Shown piece after piece: positions 52,801 through 61,742 of a stretch of DNA of 64,000 nucleotides (positions are counted from its first letter, which is position 1; every line of letters starts with the position of its first letter). The DNA comes from Gemmatales bacterium (GTDB lineage Bacteria > Planctomycetota > Planctomycetia > Gemmatales > HRBIN36): positions 116,773 to 180,772 of the forward strand of contig JBEPZY010000003.1 of NCBI GenBank assembly GCA_041640595.1. Direction: 5' to 3'. The notes below the pieces were generated by a model. It ran no database searches and was not told the DNA's origin. It was given only the letters and a program-made list of their open reading frames with translations. The position numbers and the translations under genes are program-made.

Positions 52801-55211
52801 TAGTTTACCTGCCGACGTTCTCGGAGGTGGATATCATCCTGGATACGTTTCCTTTCGGCGGGCACACCATGACCTGCGAGGCTTTGTGGATGGGCGTGCC
52901 TCTGGTTACTTATTACGGGAAATGGCCATGTGGTCGGCTCTCGGCCAGCGTATTGACCAGCATTGGAGCGACCGATTGGATCGCGCGAAGTTTCGAGCAA
53001 TATATAGATATTGCTTGCTCACTAGCAGGTAACCCGCAAGAGCTGGCAAAACACAGACGGCAATTAAGACAGCGTGTGGAGCAGGCCTTATGCAACGGGG
53101 AAAAGTTTGTGCGGCAGCTGGAAGAGATTTATCGCCGCATGTGGCGGGAATATTGTCGGACACAGGGACTGCGCATTTCGGCAGATCAAGGGATTCGCCC
53201 ATTTCTGCACCCGCAACAGATTCAAGAGAACCGCGAAACCTTCGCTAGCTTAGATCGTGTATTAGCTGAAGCTGAGCAATTCCTCCAGCAAGGGCGATAC
53301 GCAGACGCGGAAGCTGCTTATCGGCGAATTCTGAATAGCGAACCCCGTTGCCCATCTGCCTGGCGCGGTTTAGGCCATCTCGCCGCGTTAGCCGGTCATC
53401 TTCAAGGTGCGGCGGAATGCTTAGCCCGGGCCATTCAGGGTGCTGTGGATAATCCGTTTTTCGCGGCCCAGTGTCATTTCGAACTGGCGCAACTTTATCG
53501 CCGGGCTGGACGACTTCCCGAAGCACTCGAACATGTCCGTCAGGCACTCGCACTCAGCCCTAATCAACCCCCGTTGCTTCGCTTTCTAGGCTCGGTCTGT
53601 TTTGATTTAGGGCTCTCTGCCCAGGCGGTGGAAGCTTATCGCGCTTATTTAGAACAACGCCCACACGATGCCGAAACGTGGAATGATCTGGGCAACGCAT
53701 TTCGACAGATGGAGCGCAATGAGGAGGCCATCGCGGCTTATCGTCGAGCCTTGGATATTAAACCTAATCTGAGCCCGGCTCTGGCGAACATTGCCAACCT
53801 GCTTGCCGAAGAGGGCCACACCGAGGAAGCACGGGAACATTATCGTCGCGCTTATGTGCATCAGCCACTGAACCGCCTGCGTTTCTTATCCGAGACCACG
53901 TTGCCGGTGATCTATACTTCAATGGAACACCTGTATGAAACGCGAGCCGCCCTGGAAAAATCTATCCGCCAGCTTATCGAGGAACGTGTATTTATAGACC
54001 CCACGCAAGAGCTGTTTCCGACTCACTTTTACCTTGCCTATCAGGGGATGAATGACCGTGAGCTGCACCAGCTAATCGCGCGTTTAGGAAATGGCCCACG
54101 AAAATTACAACTGCCGGAACCCCATCGGCCAGGACGAAACAGGAAAATCAAGATCGGCTTTTTGTCGCGTTACTTGCAAACGCACACCATCGGGCAGCTC
54201 AATATAGGTCTTATCAGCCACCTCGATCGCAGTCGCTTCGATGTGTATGTGCTATCGTTGTCTCCGCCGGATAAATATCTTGGCCAGCGGTTCCGCGAGG
54301 TAGCGGATTATTATTTAGTGCTGCCGCCGCAAATTCCGTCTGCATTGCAACAGCTAGTGCAGCTAGGGCTGGATATCCTTTATTATCCCGATATCGGCAT
54401 GGATGCGATGAGCTACACGCTGGCGTTCAGCCGACTTGCTCCGGTGCAGTGTTGCAGTTGGGGACATCCGGTGACGACGGGTTTGCCGACCATGGATTAC
54501 TTTGTTTCCAGCGCTACTGCGGAGACTGCTGAAGCGGATGATCATTACAGCGAAAAGTTGTTGCGCCTGAGCCGGCTAAACGTCGTGTATGAGAGACCGA
54601 AGCTCGTGGGCCGGCAACCTGACCGCCAGGAATTTGGTTTACCCCAGCACGGGCACATTTACCTGTGCCCGCAAACGCTGTTCAAGTTCCATCCGGAGTT
54701 CGACAACCTCCTGGCGGAAATTTTGCGACGTGATCCGGCCGGCTGGCTGGTGTTGATTGAGGGCAAGTTCAAAAACTGGACGGAGCTGCTGCTGGCGCGA
54801 TTTCGCCGAACTATGCCGGACGTGGTGGAGCGTGTGCATTTTGTCTCCAAGCTCCCGCGGGACGATTTCCTTCGCCTGCTGACACTGGCCGACGTGATGA
54901 TTGACCCAATTCATTTCGGCGGTGGCAACACCAGCTACGAGGCTCTGGCGCTGGCGGTGCCGATCGTCACCTGGCCTTCACCATTTCTGCGATGTCGGCT
55001 CACTCTGGCCATGTACCGGCAGATGGATTTCATGGATTTGGTGGCGACCAGCGCAGCGGAGTATGTAGAAAAAGCGGTACGGATCGCGACGGATGCGGAA
55101 TATCGGGAGCATGTTCGTCAGGCTATCCGCGAACGAGCCGATGTCCTTTACGACGACCGTGCCGTGGTTCGTGAACTGGAAGGCTATTTCGAACAGTGGG
55201 TACGCGGCTGA
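49857..55211 (+). CDS. TPR protein with three tandem GT41 (SPINDLY/OGT-like) glycosyltransferase modules
   Basis: Three TPR+catalytic units: RLRIGYVSPDF..WMGVPV, PLRIGYVSPDL..WMGVPL, KIKIGFLS..WGHPVTTG..GGNTSYEAL; GTG start with AGGAG RBS. Confidence 0.9.
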   Translation: MNAEHWVEQGRKHHTAGRWRDAEICYRQALALDPRHVEALHLLGLLAHQAGHSEDAIQLIRQALDIQPHYAIAWNNLATIYHDRQQLRFAHECLERALQLQPDYATAHNNLGEIYKALGHVRKALDCYRRALACDPNFLAARSNYLMTLLYDPDQELSSFLEEVQRWGNYPVPRHLASQKRWSLNTNPHRRLRIGYVSPDFRKHAVMRFFLPILEAHDPDQVEVYLYAQIPAADAVSERLRKLASGWRVISLLSAAEVARLIQQDHIDILVDLAGHTRRNRLDVFALQPAPVQCTYLGYPGPTGLPTIRFRFGDAYLFPDAAPTWHTEEIVRLNSGFFAFAPPDNAPEVSSLPCLDNGYITFGSHHPLIKLNDRVLRLYKQVLDAVPHSKLLFFRDQLRDWALEDFQKRLAAIGLSPDRLIIASPTAEEIDYLRTYHRVDIVLDAFPFTGHTMTCESLWMGVPVLTLSGDRPWSRLSRSVLERLGLQEWITYTPDEFVERARELAAQSERLASLRARLRSLILQRLTNGSTVARDLEDAYRRLWQEWCAQHEPRATQTISVPSQETPDATTVVTPEPENVTNVVVSDIPNTAETWHERGLALAEEKKFSEAIECFRQALSLRPNYLIAELNLGMCYKNLGYLDEAARIFRNCIDKYPGDPAPLIQLAATYKQLNRLDDGLTCLRQACRISPPFGPAWHNYLVYLNYHPRSKPEEIYQAHRQWGERAAVPLVRKFTNALDPERPLRIGYVSPDLYEHPVSRFIEPILRHHNKAEFAVYVYAGVRRPDRVTRRLQELADCWRDIVRLSTEQIADQIRADRIDILVDLTGHYADNYLAVFAQQPAPVQVTWLGYPHTTGLSTIHYRLTDRVLNPHEEPPYATERLVYLEGGFSCFQPPQPAPEISPPPCLETGMITFGSHHDLKKLNDDVYWVWSKILKRVPNSRLLFFRSSHMPPIQDHLRRKFRAYGIEPERIVVRQPPFGDLVYLPTFSEVDIILDTFPFGGHTMTCEALWMGVPLVTYYGKWPCGRLSASVLTSIGATDWIARSFEQYIDIACSLAGNPQELAKHRRQLRQRVEQALCNGEKFVRQLEEIYRRMWREYCRTQGLRISADQGIRPFLHPQQIQENRETFASLDRVLAEAEQFLQQGRYADAEAAYRRILNSEPRCPSAWRGLGHLAALAGHLQGAAECLARAIQGAVDNPFFAAQCHFELAQLYRRAGRLPEALEHVRQALALSPNQPPLLRFLGSVCFDLGLSAQAVEAYRAYLEQRPHDAETWNDLGNAFRQMERNEEAIAAYRRALDIKPNLSPALANIANLLAEEGHTEEAREHYRRAYVHQPLNRLRFLSETTLPVIYTSMEHLYETRAALEKSIRQLIEERVFIDPTQELFPTHFYLAYQGMNDRELHQLIARLGNGPRKLQLPEPHRPGRNRKIKIGFLSRYLQTHTIGQLNIGLISHLDRSRFDVYVLSLSPPDKYLGQRFREVADYYLVLPPQIPSALQQLVQLGLDILYYPDIGMDAMSYTLAFSRLAPVQCCSWGHPVTTGLPTMDYFVSSATAETAEADDHYSEKLLRLSRLNVVYERPKLVGRQPDRQEFGLPQHGHIYLCPQTLFKFHPEFDNLLAEILRRDPAGWLVLIEGKFKNWTELLLARFRRTMPDVVERVHFVSKLPRDDFLRLLTLADVMIDPIHFGGGNTSYEALALAVPIVTWPSPFLRCRLTLAMYRQMDFMDLVATSAAEYVEKAVRIATDAEYREHVRQAIRERADVLYDDRAVVRELEGYFEQWVRG

Positions 55212-55427
55212 ACTTGCTTGGAGCAGCGTATTTTAGGTACGAACGAAGGCCCGCCGAGTGCTCAGGTACGCGGCTAAACTGGCTTAGAGAAACCCCGAGT
55301 GGTTTGGGAGATGCGCCTGTGCACATGGCTGCGCACGCAGTAAAGCTTGCTTCGAGCAACGGCGGAGGCTTCGTTGGGACTAAGCTCGTCTGCCGCCAAG
55401 TGTACAGCCAATTTTGCTTCGAGCAAC
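55199..55427. CRISPR. Degenerate CRISPR-like array F: four ~29-bp repeats, 37-38 bp spacers
   Basis: Copies at 55199-55227, 55265-55293, 55332-55360, 55399-55427 (period 66/67/67), consensus GGTACGCGGCTAAACTTGCTTCGAGCAAC. Confidence 0.62.
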
Positions 55428-55972
55428 GCCCGGAAATTGTGCAACGTTGCCAGCGGTTGTGGCAAGCAGAAACCGCCTGTCCATTGTTAGCGACTGGGTG
55501 ATTTGGTGGAAGAAGCAGGACTGGAGAATGTAACGTAATAAGCAGGAAAGCCGAAGTGTTCTATCTTCGTCGTGGAAGAGGCAATTTTCGAAGGATTTAC
55601 GGCGGCTCGGTCTTGAGGAAGGCTGCAATGTCAGGCATTCCCTAGCGACCAGGGGTCGGGCTCGCGCATACGGCCAAACACGCTTACAGCGCGAATAATA
55701 CAGCTTTTGGCCTGCCAAATCTTATGTTTGCCGCGGGTCAGGCACTCGTGCATGGTGAGAGACTTGTTTGCGCAGACGGAGGGAAAATTGACGAGACCCA
55801 GCGGAGCTTAGCCGTGTCAGGTTCGAAGAATTGGCGTGTGTAGGCAACATGGCTGAAAGAAAGGATATAGGAAAGTGCCATTTCATCGAACGCGGCCAGA
55901 AATTTTGTTGAAGGCAGAGTTCGGCACGATAAGTGCGACTTGCTTAGAATGCGACTTGGGGAGGTTACGGCC

Positions 55973-56224
55973 ATGTGGAGTGCAACGGAAGCAGCGACGG
56001 TGTATGCTTTTCCAGAAGTCAGCGAAGAGGAATTGGAGGCATTGCAAACGCGCCTGCAGGCTTTGCTGGGCCATGCTGTGCGGGAGTTGCGTCTCAGCTG
56101 GGAAGGAAACGGGGTTGTGCTGCAAGGAAGGGCGAAACGCTTTTACGCCAAGCAATTGGCCCAAACGATGTTACAACGACTGTGCGAACATCCCATTCTG
56201 GCGAACCGCATCGAGGTGGATTAG
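55973..56224 (+). CDS. Small BON-domain-like protein
   Basis: VVLQGRAKRFYAKQLAQ..LANRIEV pattern; GGAGG RBS. Confidence 0.7.
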   Translation: MWSATEAATVYAFPEVSEEELEALQTRLQALLGHAVRELRLSWEGNGVVLQGRAKRFYAKQLAQTMLQRLCEHPILANRIEVD

Positions 56225-56225
56225 C

Positions 56226-57068
56226 TTACGCGGTTTGGCAAAATTCTCGTATGAGCGTGCTGAACTCGCTCTCTTTCTCAAACATGGGAAGGTGCCCGCA
56301 TTCGGGGAGAATTTCGACCCGGGCTTGCGGCAAATGTCGAGCGAAAAGCTGAGCGTAAACCGGCGGGATGAGTCGATCATCTGCCCCCCAGAGGATCAGA
56401 ACGGGACAGCGAATCCGGTGCAATCGTGCGGCTAGTTTCGGGTTATACGGGCGTTCCCACACCAGGCGTGCCAAAGTCCGCAGAGCACGGTAGGCGGCGA
56501 TAAGTGTCTCTTCGTTTACCTCTTTCAGGTCGCGCAGGATGAGCCTGGCCATGGGGCCGTCCGGATCGTGGAAAAGAAGCTGGCGAAGTTTCGGCGTGTC
56601 CTGCACATAGCGAAACAGGTCAGCGTAAGGATGCTCGTCCAGCCACAATCCTGGCGAGTCAGCAAACCAGAGCCGGCGAACACGTTCGGGCCAGCGCAGG
56701 GCAAATTCGATAGCGATCCAGCCACCAAGACTGACGCCGCCGAGATTGATTTCGCGCAGTCCAAGCTGGTCGAACAGTTCCGCGTAGTGCAGGGCAAAAT
56801 CCTCGATGCAATCCATGCCGTCCAGGCCAGTGCTTTCCGCGAACCCTGGATGAGCCGGGGCGTAAACGTGAAACTCGCGAGCCCAGTTATCGAGAAAAGG
56901 CAGCCAGGTAGTTTCGCCGAGGGCACTGTGAAGGTAAACCAGCGGGGGCCCGGTTCCGCCATGCCACAACTGCACCTGTCGGCCGGGAAGCTCGACCATT
57001 TCTTTTTTGCCACGGCGTGACAGTAAGACGCGGGCTCCGTAAGCCAGTTGCTGGAGTTTGTCGAACAT
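56226..57068 (-). CDS. Alpha/beta hydrolase
   Basis: GVSLGG nucleophile elbow, WGADD, CGHLP. Confidence 0.9.
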   Translation of the reverse strand: MFDKLQQLAYGARVLLSRRGKKEMVELPGRQVQLWHGGTGPPLVYLHSALGETTWLPFLDNWAREFHVYAPAHPGFAESTGLDGMDCIEDFALHYAELFDQLGLREINLGGVSLGGWIAIEFALRWPERVRRLWFADSPGLWLDEHPYADLFRYVQDTPKLRQLLFHDPDGPMARLILRDLKEVNEETLIAAYRALRTLARLVWERPYNPKLAARLHRIRCPVLILWGADDRLIPPVYAQLFARHLPQARVEILPECGHLPMFEKESEFSTLIREFCQTA

Positions 57069-57071
57069 GGT

Positions 57072-58442
57072 CTAAGGCTTGGCGGGGGTCGGCGTGCCGA
57101 CGATCTGCATTTGTGTGGAAAGCCAGAATGGCTGGTCGCCGTCACGAAATTCCAGTTCGCCGAACAAAGCCCGGCAGCCCGTCTTGGGGACATCCACCTG
57201 GCTGATGAGGCGATGCTGATTGGCTGGAAGCGGAAGGCCGCGGGAAGTCCAGGTTGCGTTGCGAAAATCCCGGGTAGGAGCGTCGGCTACCCAGAGTCGA
57301 GCCGCCACCGGAACGGCAGCTGTTCTGCCAGCGGCGTCCGTTGCGGTTATTTCCCAGGTAATTTCCAGGGTAGCGGTGCTGGCATCGGCAGTGTGTTTCC
57401 AGGTGAATTTCGGCATGGGTTGGCCATTGGCCTGCTTTCGTACAAACGCGCTGAGCGTGTACACCGATCGCCGCAACTGTGCGGTGGGGTCCAGGGCTTT
57501 GCGGTCGCGCAAATCGTGGCCGGCATTGGGAACGTAAAGCACCCATTTCTCTCCGGGCAAACCATCCCAATAAAGGTTCAGGGCATCGCTGGCCCAGTAC
57601 GGATCGTTGCTACCGAGCACGATTAACTTGGGTACGGTAAATTTTTGCCGGTACACATAAGGGTCCACCATGCTCCAGAGCTTTTTGGCGCGCTCGGTCT
57701 GCGGCATGGGGATCAGGCCGGCGTCAATGTAATCGCGGAGCATGGTGCTATAACCGCCGAGACTTTTGACCTGCCAGGCGAGCTGTTCGGGCATGTTGAG
57801 CACATCAATCACCATGGGAGCAATCGCAACCACGCGGGGGTCTTGCAAACTTGCCGTCAGCCAGGTTGTCCAACCACGCTTGGAGGCACCGGATACGACA
57901 AAGTGTCGCACCTCGGTTTTCCATTCCTGGCGGGCGAAGGCTTGCAAAGCGTCCATAGCCCGCACCACGCTTTTTACCATGGGGAACAGAAGAGGCCAGT
58001 TTTCGTCCCCGCTCTGCAAATAGCGCACGAAAGTTTCCGCGATCAGGGCATCTTCCCGTTTATTGCCGAGCAGTGGCTGATTAGGAATGTCGTAGAGGAA
58101 TGCCACCGGTACCTGTGCCAGACGGGAAATTTCCAATCCTGCGATGATGGCGACCGGATTTGGTTTGCCACCAGTCACCCAGATCAACATGGTCGGTTTC
58201 GGCGGAACATTTTTGGCCAGGTACACTTGCACGGCGTGCTCCCAGACAATGTCTTGCCACTTCTGCGAAGTGAGATGGAGCGTAAACACGGTGCCCGTTT
58301 CGTTGCTGGTATGGTTGACCGATCGCCAGGCAAACTCGGCATCCGGTTTTCGGACGTAATCCGCCAGGTCGGCAGATGAAGGCGCGACCGACCACCAGAA
58401 CATAGCCCCGGCGACAATTGCACCGCCAAACCACCATCGCAT
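57072..58442 (-). CDS. PhoPQ-activated pathogenicity-related (PqaA) family protein
   Basis: LTSQKW, EDALIA, PMVKS, SGASKRGWTTW, VPNAGH. Confidence 0.88.
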   Translation of the reverse strand: MRWWFGGAIVAGAMFWWSVAPSSADLADYVRKPDAEFAWRSVNHTSNETGTVFTLHLTSQKWQDIVWEHAVQVYLAKNVPPKPTMLIWVTGGKPNPVAIIAGLEISRLAQVPVAFLYDIPNQPLLGNKREDALIAETFVRYLQSGDENWPLLFPMVKSVVRAMDALQAFARQEWKTEVRHFVVSGASKRGWTTWLTASLQDPRVVAIAPMVIDVLNMPEQLAWQVKSLGGYSTMLRDYIDAGLIPMPQTERAKKLWSMVDPYVYRQKFTVPKLIVLGSNDPYWASDALNLYWDGLPGEKWVLYVPNAGHDLRDRKALDPTAQLRRSVYTLSAFVRKQANGQPMPKFTWKHTADASTATLEITWEITATDAAGRTAAVPVAARLWVADAPTRDFRNATWTSRGLPLPANQHRLISQVDVPKTGCRALFGELEFRDGDQPFWLSTQMQIVGTPTPAKP

Positions 58443-58627
58443 AGCTTGCTCCTGTTGCTGGCTGGGAAGATGCACCTGCGACGTCCGGTCAGCTCGGCAT
58501 TTTCAGCAAATACGTTTGCCCGCCGAGCTACCACCCCTTTCCTATACCCTACTGGCACCGGCCCGGTTTTGCCAGACTGTACCGGTTCGCGGCCGGTCGA
58601 ACGGAATTGCCGCGTTTCGAGCCCGCG

Positions 58628-59077
58628 TCAGGAAGTCAACACTTTCTCAAAAATCACCAGGTTGTCGCCGCGGTCGGGGTCCCAGCGAATGCCGACGATG
58701 TCGTATTCCTTGGCGATAGCCAGATGGAGCATGGCGCGATGCTGATTATGGCATTCCATGCGCACCGACTCGTAACCTTGCTGCCGGGCGAATTCGTGCA
58801 CTGTTTCCATCAACCGCGAGCCAATGCCCAACCCGCGATATTCAGGAAGCACGCCGTAAAACCACGAAAAGAAGACCGTGGGTTTCAATTCAAAGCCCAG
58901 GAAGAAGCCTACCGGTTCGCGGCGAATGCGTGCAACCAACCGCAAAACGTTCCAGCGTCCCCGAAATCGCCGCTCAAACGATTGCAGGTCGCGGGGCGGG
59001 CGAAAAATGCGGTTGTACAGCTCCACAATCACTGGCATCTCTTCCGGGCTGACAATATCAATTTCTGCATGGGTCAT
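58628..59077 (-). CDS. GNAT family N-acetyltransferase
   Basis: VLPEYRGLGIGSRLM acetyl-CoA binding motif A. Confidence 0.88.
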   Translation of the reverse strand: MTHAEIDIVSPEEMPVIVELYNRIFRPPRDLQSFERRFRGRWNVLRLVARIRREPVGFFLGFELKPTVFFSWFYGVLPEYRGLGIGSRLMETVHEFARQQGYESVRMECHNQHRAMLHLAIAKEYDIVGIRWDPDRGDNLVIFEKVLTS

Positions 59078-59154
59078 GTTTCCGCCCTCGCTTAAAGTGC
59101 CCTCAGGAACTCAGCGCTCGCCACGACGGACATCCGATTGATAATACGTCGGCA

Positions 59155-59250
59155 CTCGGTTCCGGACAATGCGAACCGAGCACTCGGTATGCTGGCTGCC
59201 AGCGCGTGTCAGTCCGTCTCGTTTCCGCACAATGCGAACCAAGCACCCGG
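59155..59250. repeat. 33-bp direct repeat pair with 30-bp spacer
   Basis: CTCGGTTCCGGACAATGCGAACCGAGCACTCGG (59155-59187) and CTCGTTTCCGCACAATGCGAACCAAGCACCCGG (59218-59250). Confidence 0.6.
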
Positions 59251-59527
59251 CAGGTCAGCGAAGCCGATTATCGGCTGCGTCCGGCCCAGGCTTTCGGCTA
59301 AACAAGCGTTGCGGACTGTATTGAAAGCGGCGAGGCTATTCGCTGGCCCAACCGGTACCGGACATGTGACCGACTCATCCACTGCAAGCTCTTTGCGAAG
59401 CCCCCGCAGCACACCTGCGAGCAAAACCGGGCGATCGCGAGTGCCGGGCACCATCTGAACGGATTTGCCGTTTCATTTTAGAGCGTGCCTCCTGCCTGCG
59501 ATTGGCGTCCATGCAAGTAACTTACCT

Positions 59528-59717
59528 GCATCAAACTCCGCGGGCAAGCTCGGTTCAGCAAGCTGAAGAAATAACTACGACGGGTTACGCCAGGGCGAGC
59601 CGTTTCCAACTCCACCGGCACTTCCAGTTCAGCAAGGCGACCCGGTAGCGGCGGAGATAAGCGCACTGCCAGCGCGAGCCGCTTCAATCACCGCGACCGA
59701 TCTCGCGTCAGCAAGAC
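59528..59717 (-). CRISPR. Degenerate CRISPR-like array G: three 37-bp repeats
   Basis: Minus-strand copies GTCTTGCTGACGCGAGATCGGTCGCGGTGATTGAAGC (59681-59717), GCCTTGCTGAACTGGAAGTGCCGGTGGAGTTGGAAAC (59602-59638), AGCTTGCTGAACCGAGCTTGCCCGCGGAGTTTGATGC (59528-59564); spacers 42 and 37 bp. Confidence 0.6.
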
Positions 59718-59726
59718 ATCGGAAGC

Positions 59727-61448
59727 TTACTTGCGGAACAAACTGGCGAGCAGTTCGTAAATTTGGCCGCCCATCATGCCCGGTTCATGGTAGTACAGGG
59801 CGCTGCGGACTAATTCAAACAGGAGCAGCCCGGCGAAAACCAGCACCAGCGTCGTGGGCACGTGCACCAGCGCCCATAATCCCCAATCGGCTGGGGCTAC
59901 CTCCACATAGCGCACCACCGGGCCTTCTTCAGGCACAGCAACGACTTCTGCTTCTGGCTCTTCCACGATCAGCTGGCTTGGTTCTTCAAACGCGGAGTCC
60001 GCATCAACGACTTCGCTCAACTCTTCCAAATCGCCGGCACCTTCGACCAGAAGCGTCTGCTCATCCGCACCGGCTTCTTCATCAATAACCACTTCGGTGG
60101 GACGATCATTTTCCGAATCGCCCGCGGGTTGTTCCTCGTCCACCAGTTGCAGATCGTAGTCGGAAGTTTCTTCGAGTTCGGTGTCCGATTCCTGCAGCGA
60201 CTTCGAGGCTCCACTTTTAGCCGCTGTGCCCAACAATTCCGTGTCCACTTCCGAATCGTCCTCTTGAACGCTCAACTCAAATTCGCTGCTGGAGTCGGGC
60301 GTGCGTTTGGCGGATTCTGGTCGCGGAGTTACTTCGGTGGATTCCTCGTCGAGGGAAAGCTCGAACGAGAGCTCTTCCGTACCCTCGGCTTCGGTCTCGC
60401 CGGACTCCAGTGCCAGCGATTGATTGCTGGAGCTGTCCGCGGCGGGGCCAGTGCCTGCCTCGGCAGGTTCCTCTTCCTTGATGCGGAAGGTGCTGCCTTC
60501 CGGATCTTGCTCATCCAATTTCAGCTCAAATTCGCTCCCCTGGCCCTCAAATTCGGTGCTCTCATCCTGCAAGGCTTTTGCCGCTACTTGTTCCTCGCTG
60601 CTCTCAGACACGGCTGCGGCAGCTTCTTCAGCCTTGCGCAACTCGGCATCGAGGTCCACTTCCAGCTGCAAAGTGGACTCCGAACCTTCGGGCGAACGTT
60701 GCTCGGCCTGCACACCGCTGTCCGGTTTGGCGCCGGAGCGGCGATCCGGTTCGAGGCGAATTTGACTGTCTCGCCTGGCGCTTACCTGTTGCACCACCTC
60801 GGGCGGTGCTTCCACATCCACCAGCCGCACATCACTGTCGCTTTCCACATCCAATCGTGAAAGCCGGGGTTGTGGCCGCTGTTCTGCAGGAGCAGCAGGT
60901 TCCAGACGCACCTGACTTTCCGGTTTTTGTTTGCCGCTGCTCGGTTTAGACGGTGGTTTGTCTCCTTCGAGAGGCAATACTTCGAGGTTGATGTCGCTGC
61001 CTTCCGGCACCAGCCGAACATCGCTATCGGAGCCTGGAGCTTTGGGTCCTTGGGCCAGAAGACTCATCAAATCCACCTGACCGCCACCGGGCTGTTCCGG
61101 TGTGATGTCGAAGGGGAAAACATCCGCTCCCGCTAGCATGGTGGCTCGACTCTCCGGTGACCCGGAGGCAGGAGGACGCGGCGATTGGCCGGGTGCGGGA
61201 GTCCGGGGGCCGTTTTTATCGGCTGGAACGGATGGTTTCGGCGTCTTCGGTCCCTGAGCTTCCAGTTCGGAGGAACTGGCCAATCCTAAGCGCCGTGCCA
61301 GGTCATCTACTTCGCTCGCTCGGAAACGCCAGGTGCCGCGGTCCATGAACGCTCGCACTTCGCCCCGCTGGGCCATCTGTCGCAATTTGTCCGGCGTAAC
61401 ATTCAGCTTCGCCGCCGCTTCTTCCAGCGTATAAAACGTTTCTGGCAT
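59727..61448 (-). CDS. Excisionase-type HTH protein with long acidic disordered region and C-terminal TM helix
   Basis: FYTLEEAAAKL..RAFMDRGTWRFR; repeated SDSDVRL motifs; hydrophobic C-terminus. Confidence 0.85.
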   Translation of the reverse strand: MPETFYTLEEAAAKLNVTPDKLRQMAQRGEVRAFMDRGTWRFRASEVDDLARRLGLASSSELEAQGPKTPKPSVPADKNGPRTPAPGQSPRPPASGSPESRATMLAGADVFPFDITPEQPGGGQVDLMSLLAQGPKAPGSDSDVRLVPEGSDINLEVLPLEGDKPPSKPSSGKQKPESQVRLEPAAPAEQRPQPRLSRLDVESDSDVRLVDVEAPPEVVQQVSARRDSQIRLEPDRRSGAKPDSGVQAEQRSPEGSESTLQLEVDLDAELRKAEEAAAAVSESSEEQVAAKALQDESTEFEGQGSEFELKLDEQDPEGSTFRIKEEEPAEAGTGPAADSSSNQSLALESGETEAEGTEELSFELSLDEESTEVTPRPESAKRTPDSSSEFELSVQEDDSEVDTELLGTAAKSGASKSLQESDTELEETSDYDLQLVDEEQPAGDSENDRPTEVVIDEEAGADEQTLLVEGAGDLEELSEVVDADSAFEEPSQLIVEEPEAEVVAVPEEGPVVRYVEVAPADWGLWALVHVPTTLVLVFAGLLLFELVRSALYYHEPGMMGGQIYELLASLFRK

Positions 61449-61742
61449 GATTTGTTCCCCCCGCTGCTGTCGTCCTGATTCAGATAGCCAATCGCCTCCA
61501 GCCGCGCGGACTCTTTACACACTCAGTGACACCAGCCATATCCCGCGCAGAGGCTTCACAGGTATTGTAACTGCCCCATTTCTACTAGCAAGAGCCTTAG
61601 CACAGGCTGGCATTCACAAAACTTCTCTCACTTTGGCAAGATTTAGCAAATGCGCACTGTGTAGCGACTTTGCTACAGCTTGCCCGGACGTTTGCCGTGT
61701 CGCAGCAATGGATGCTCAACGGGCGACCGGGCTTATGACGGC

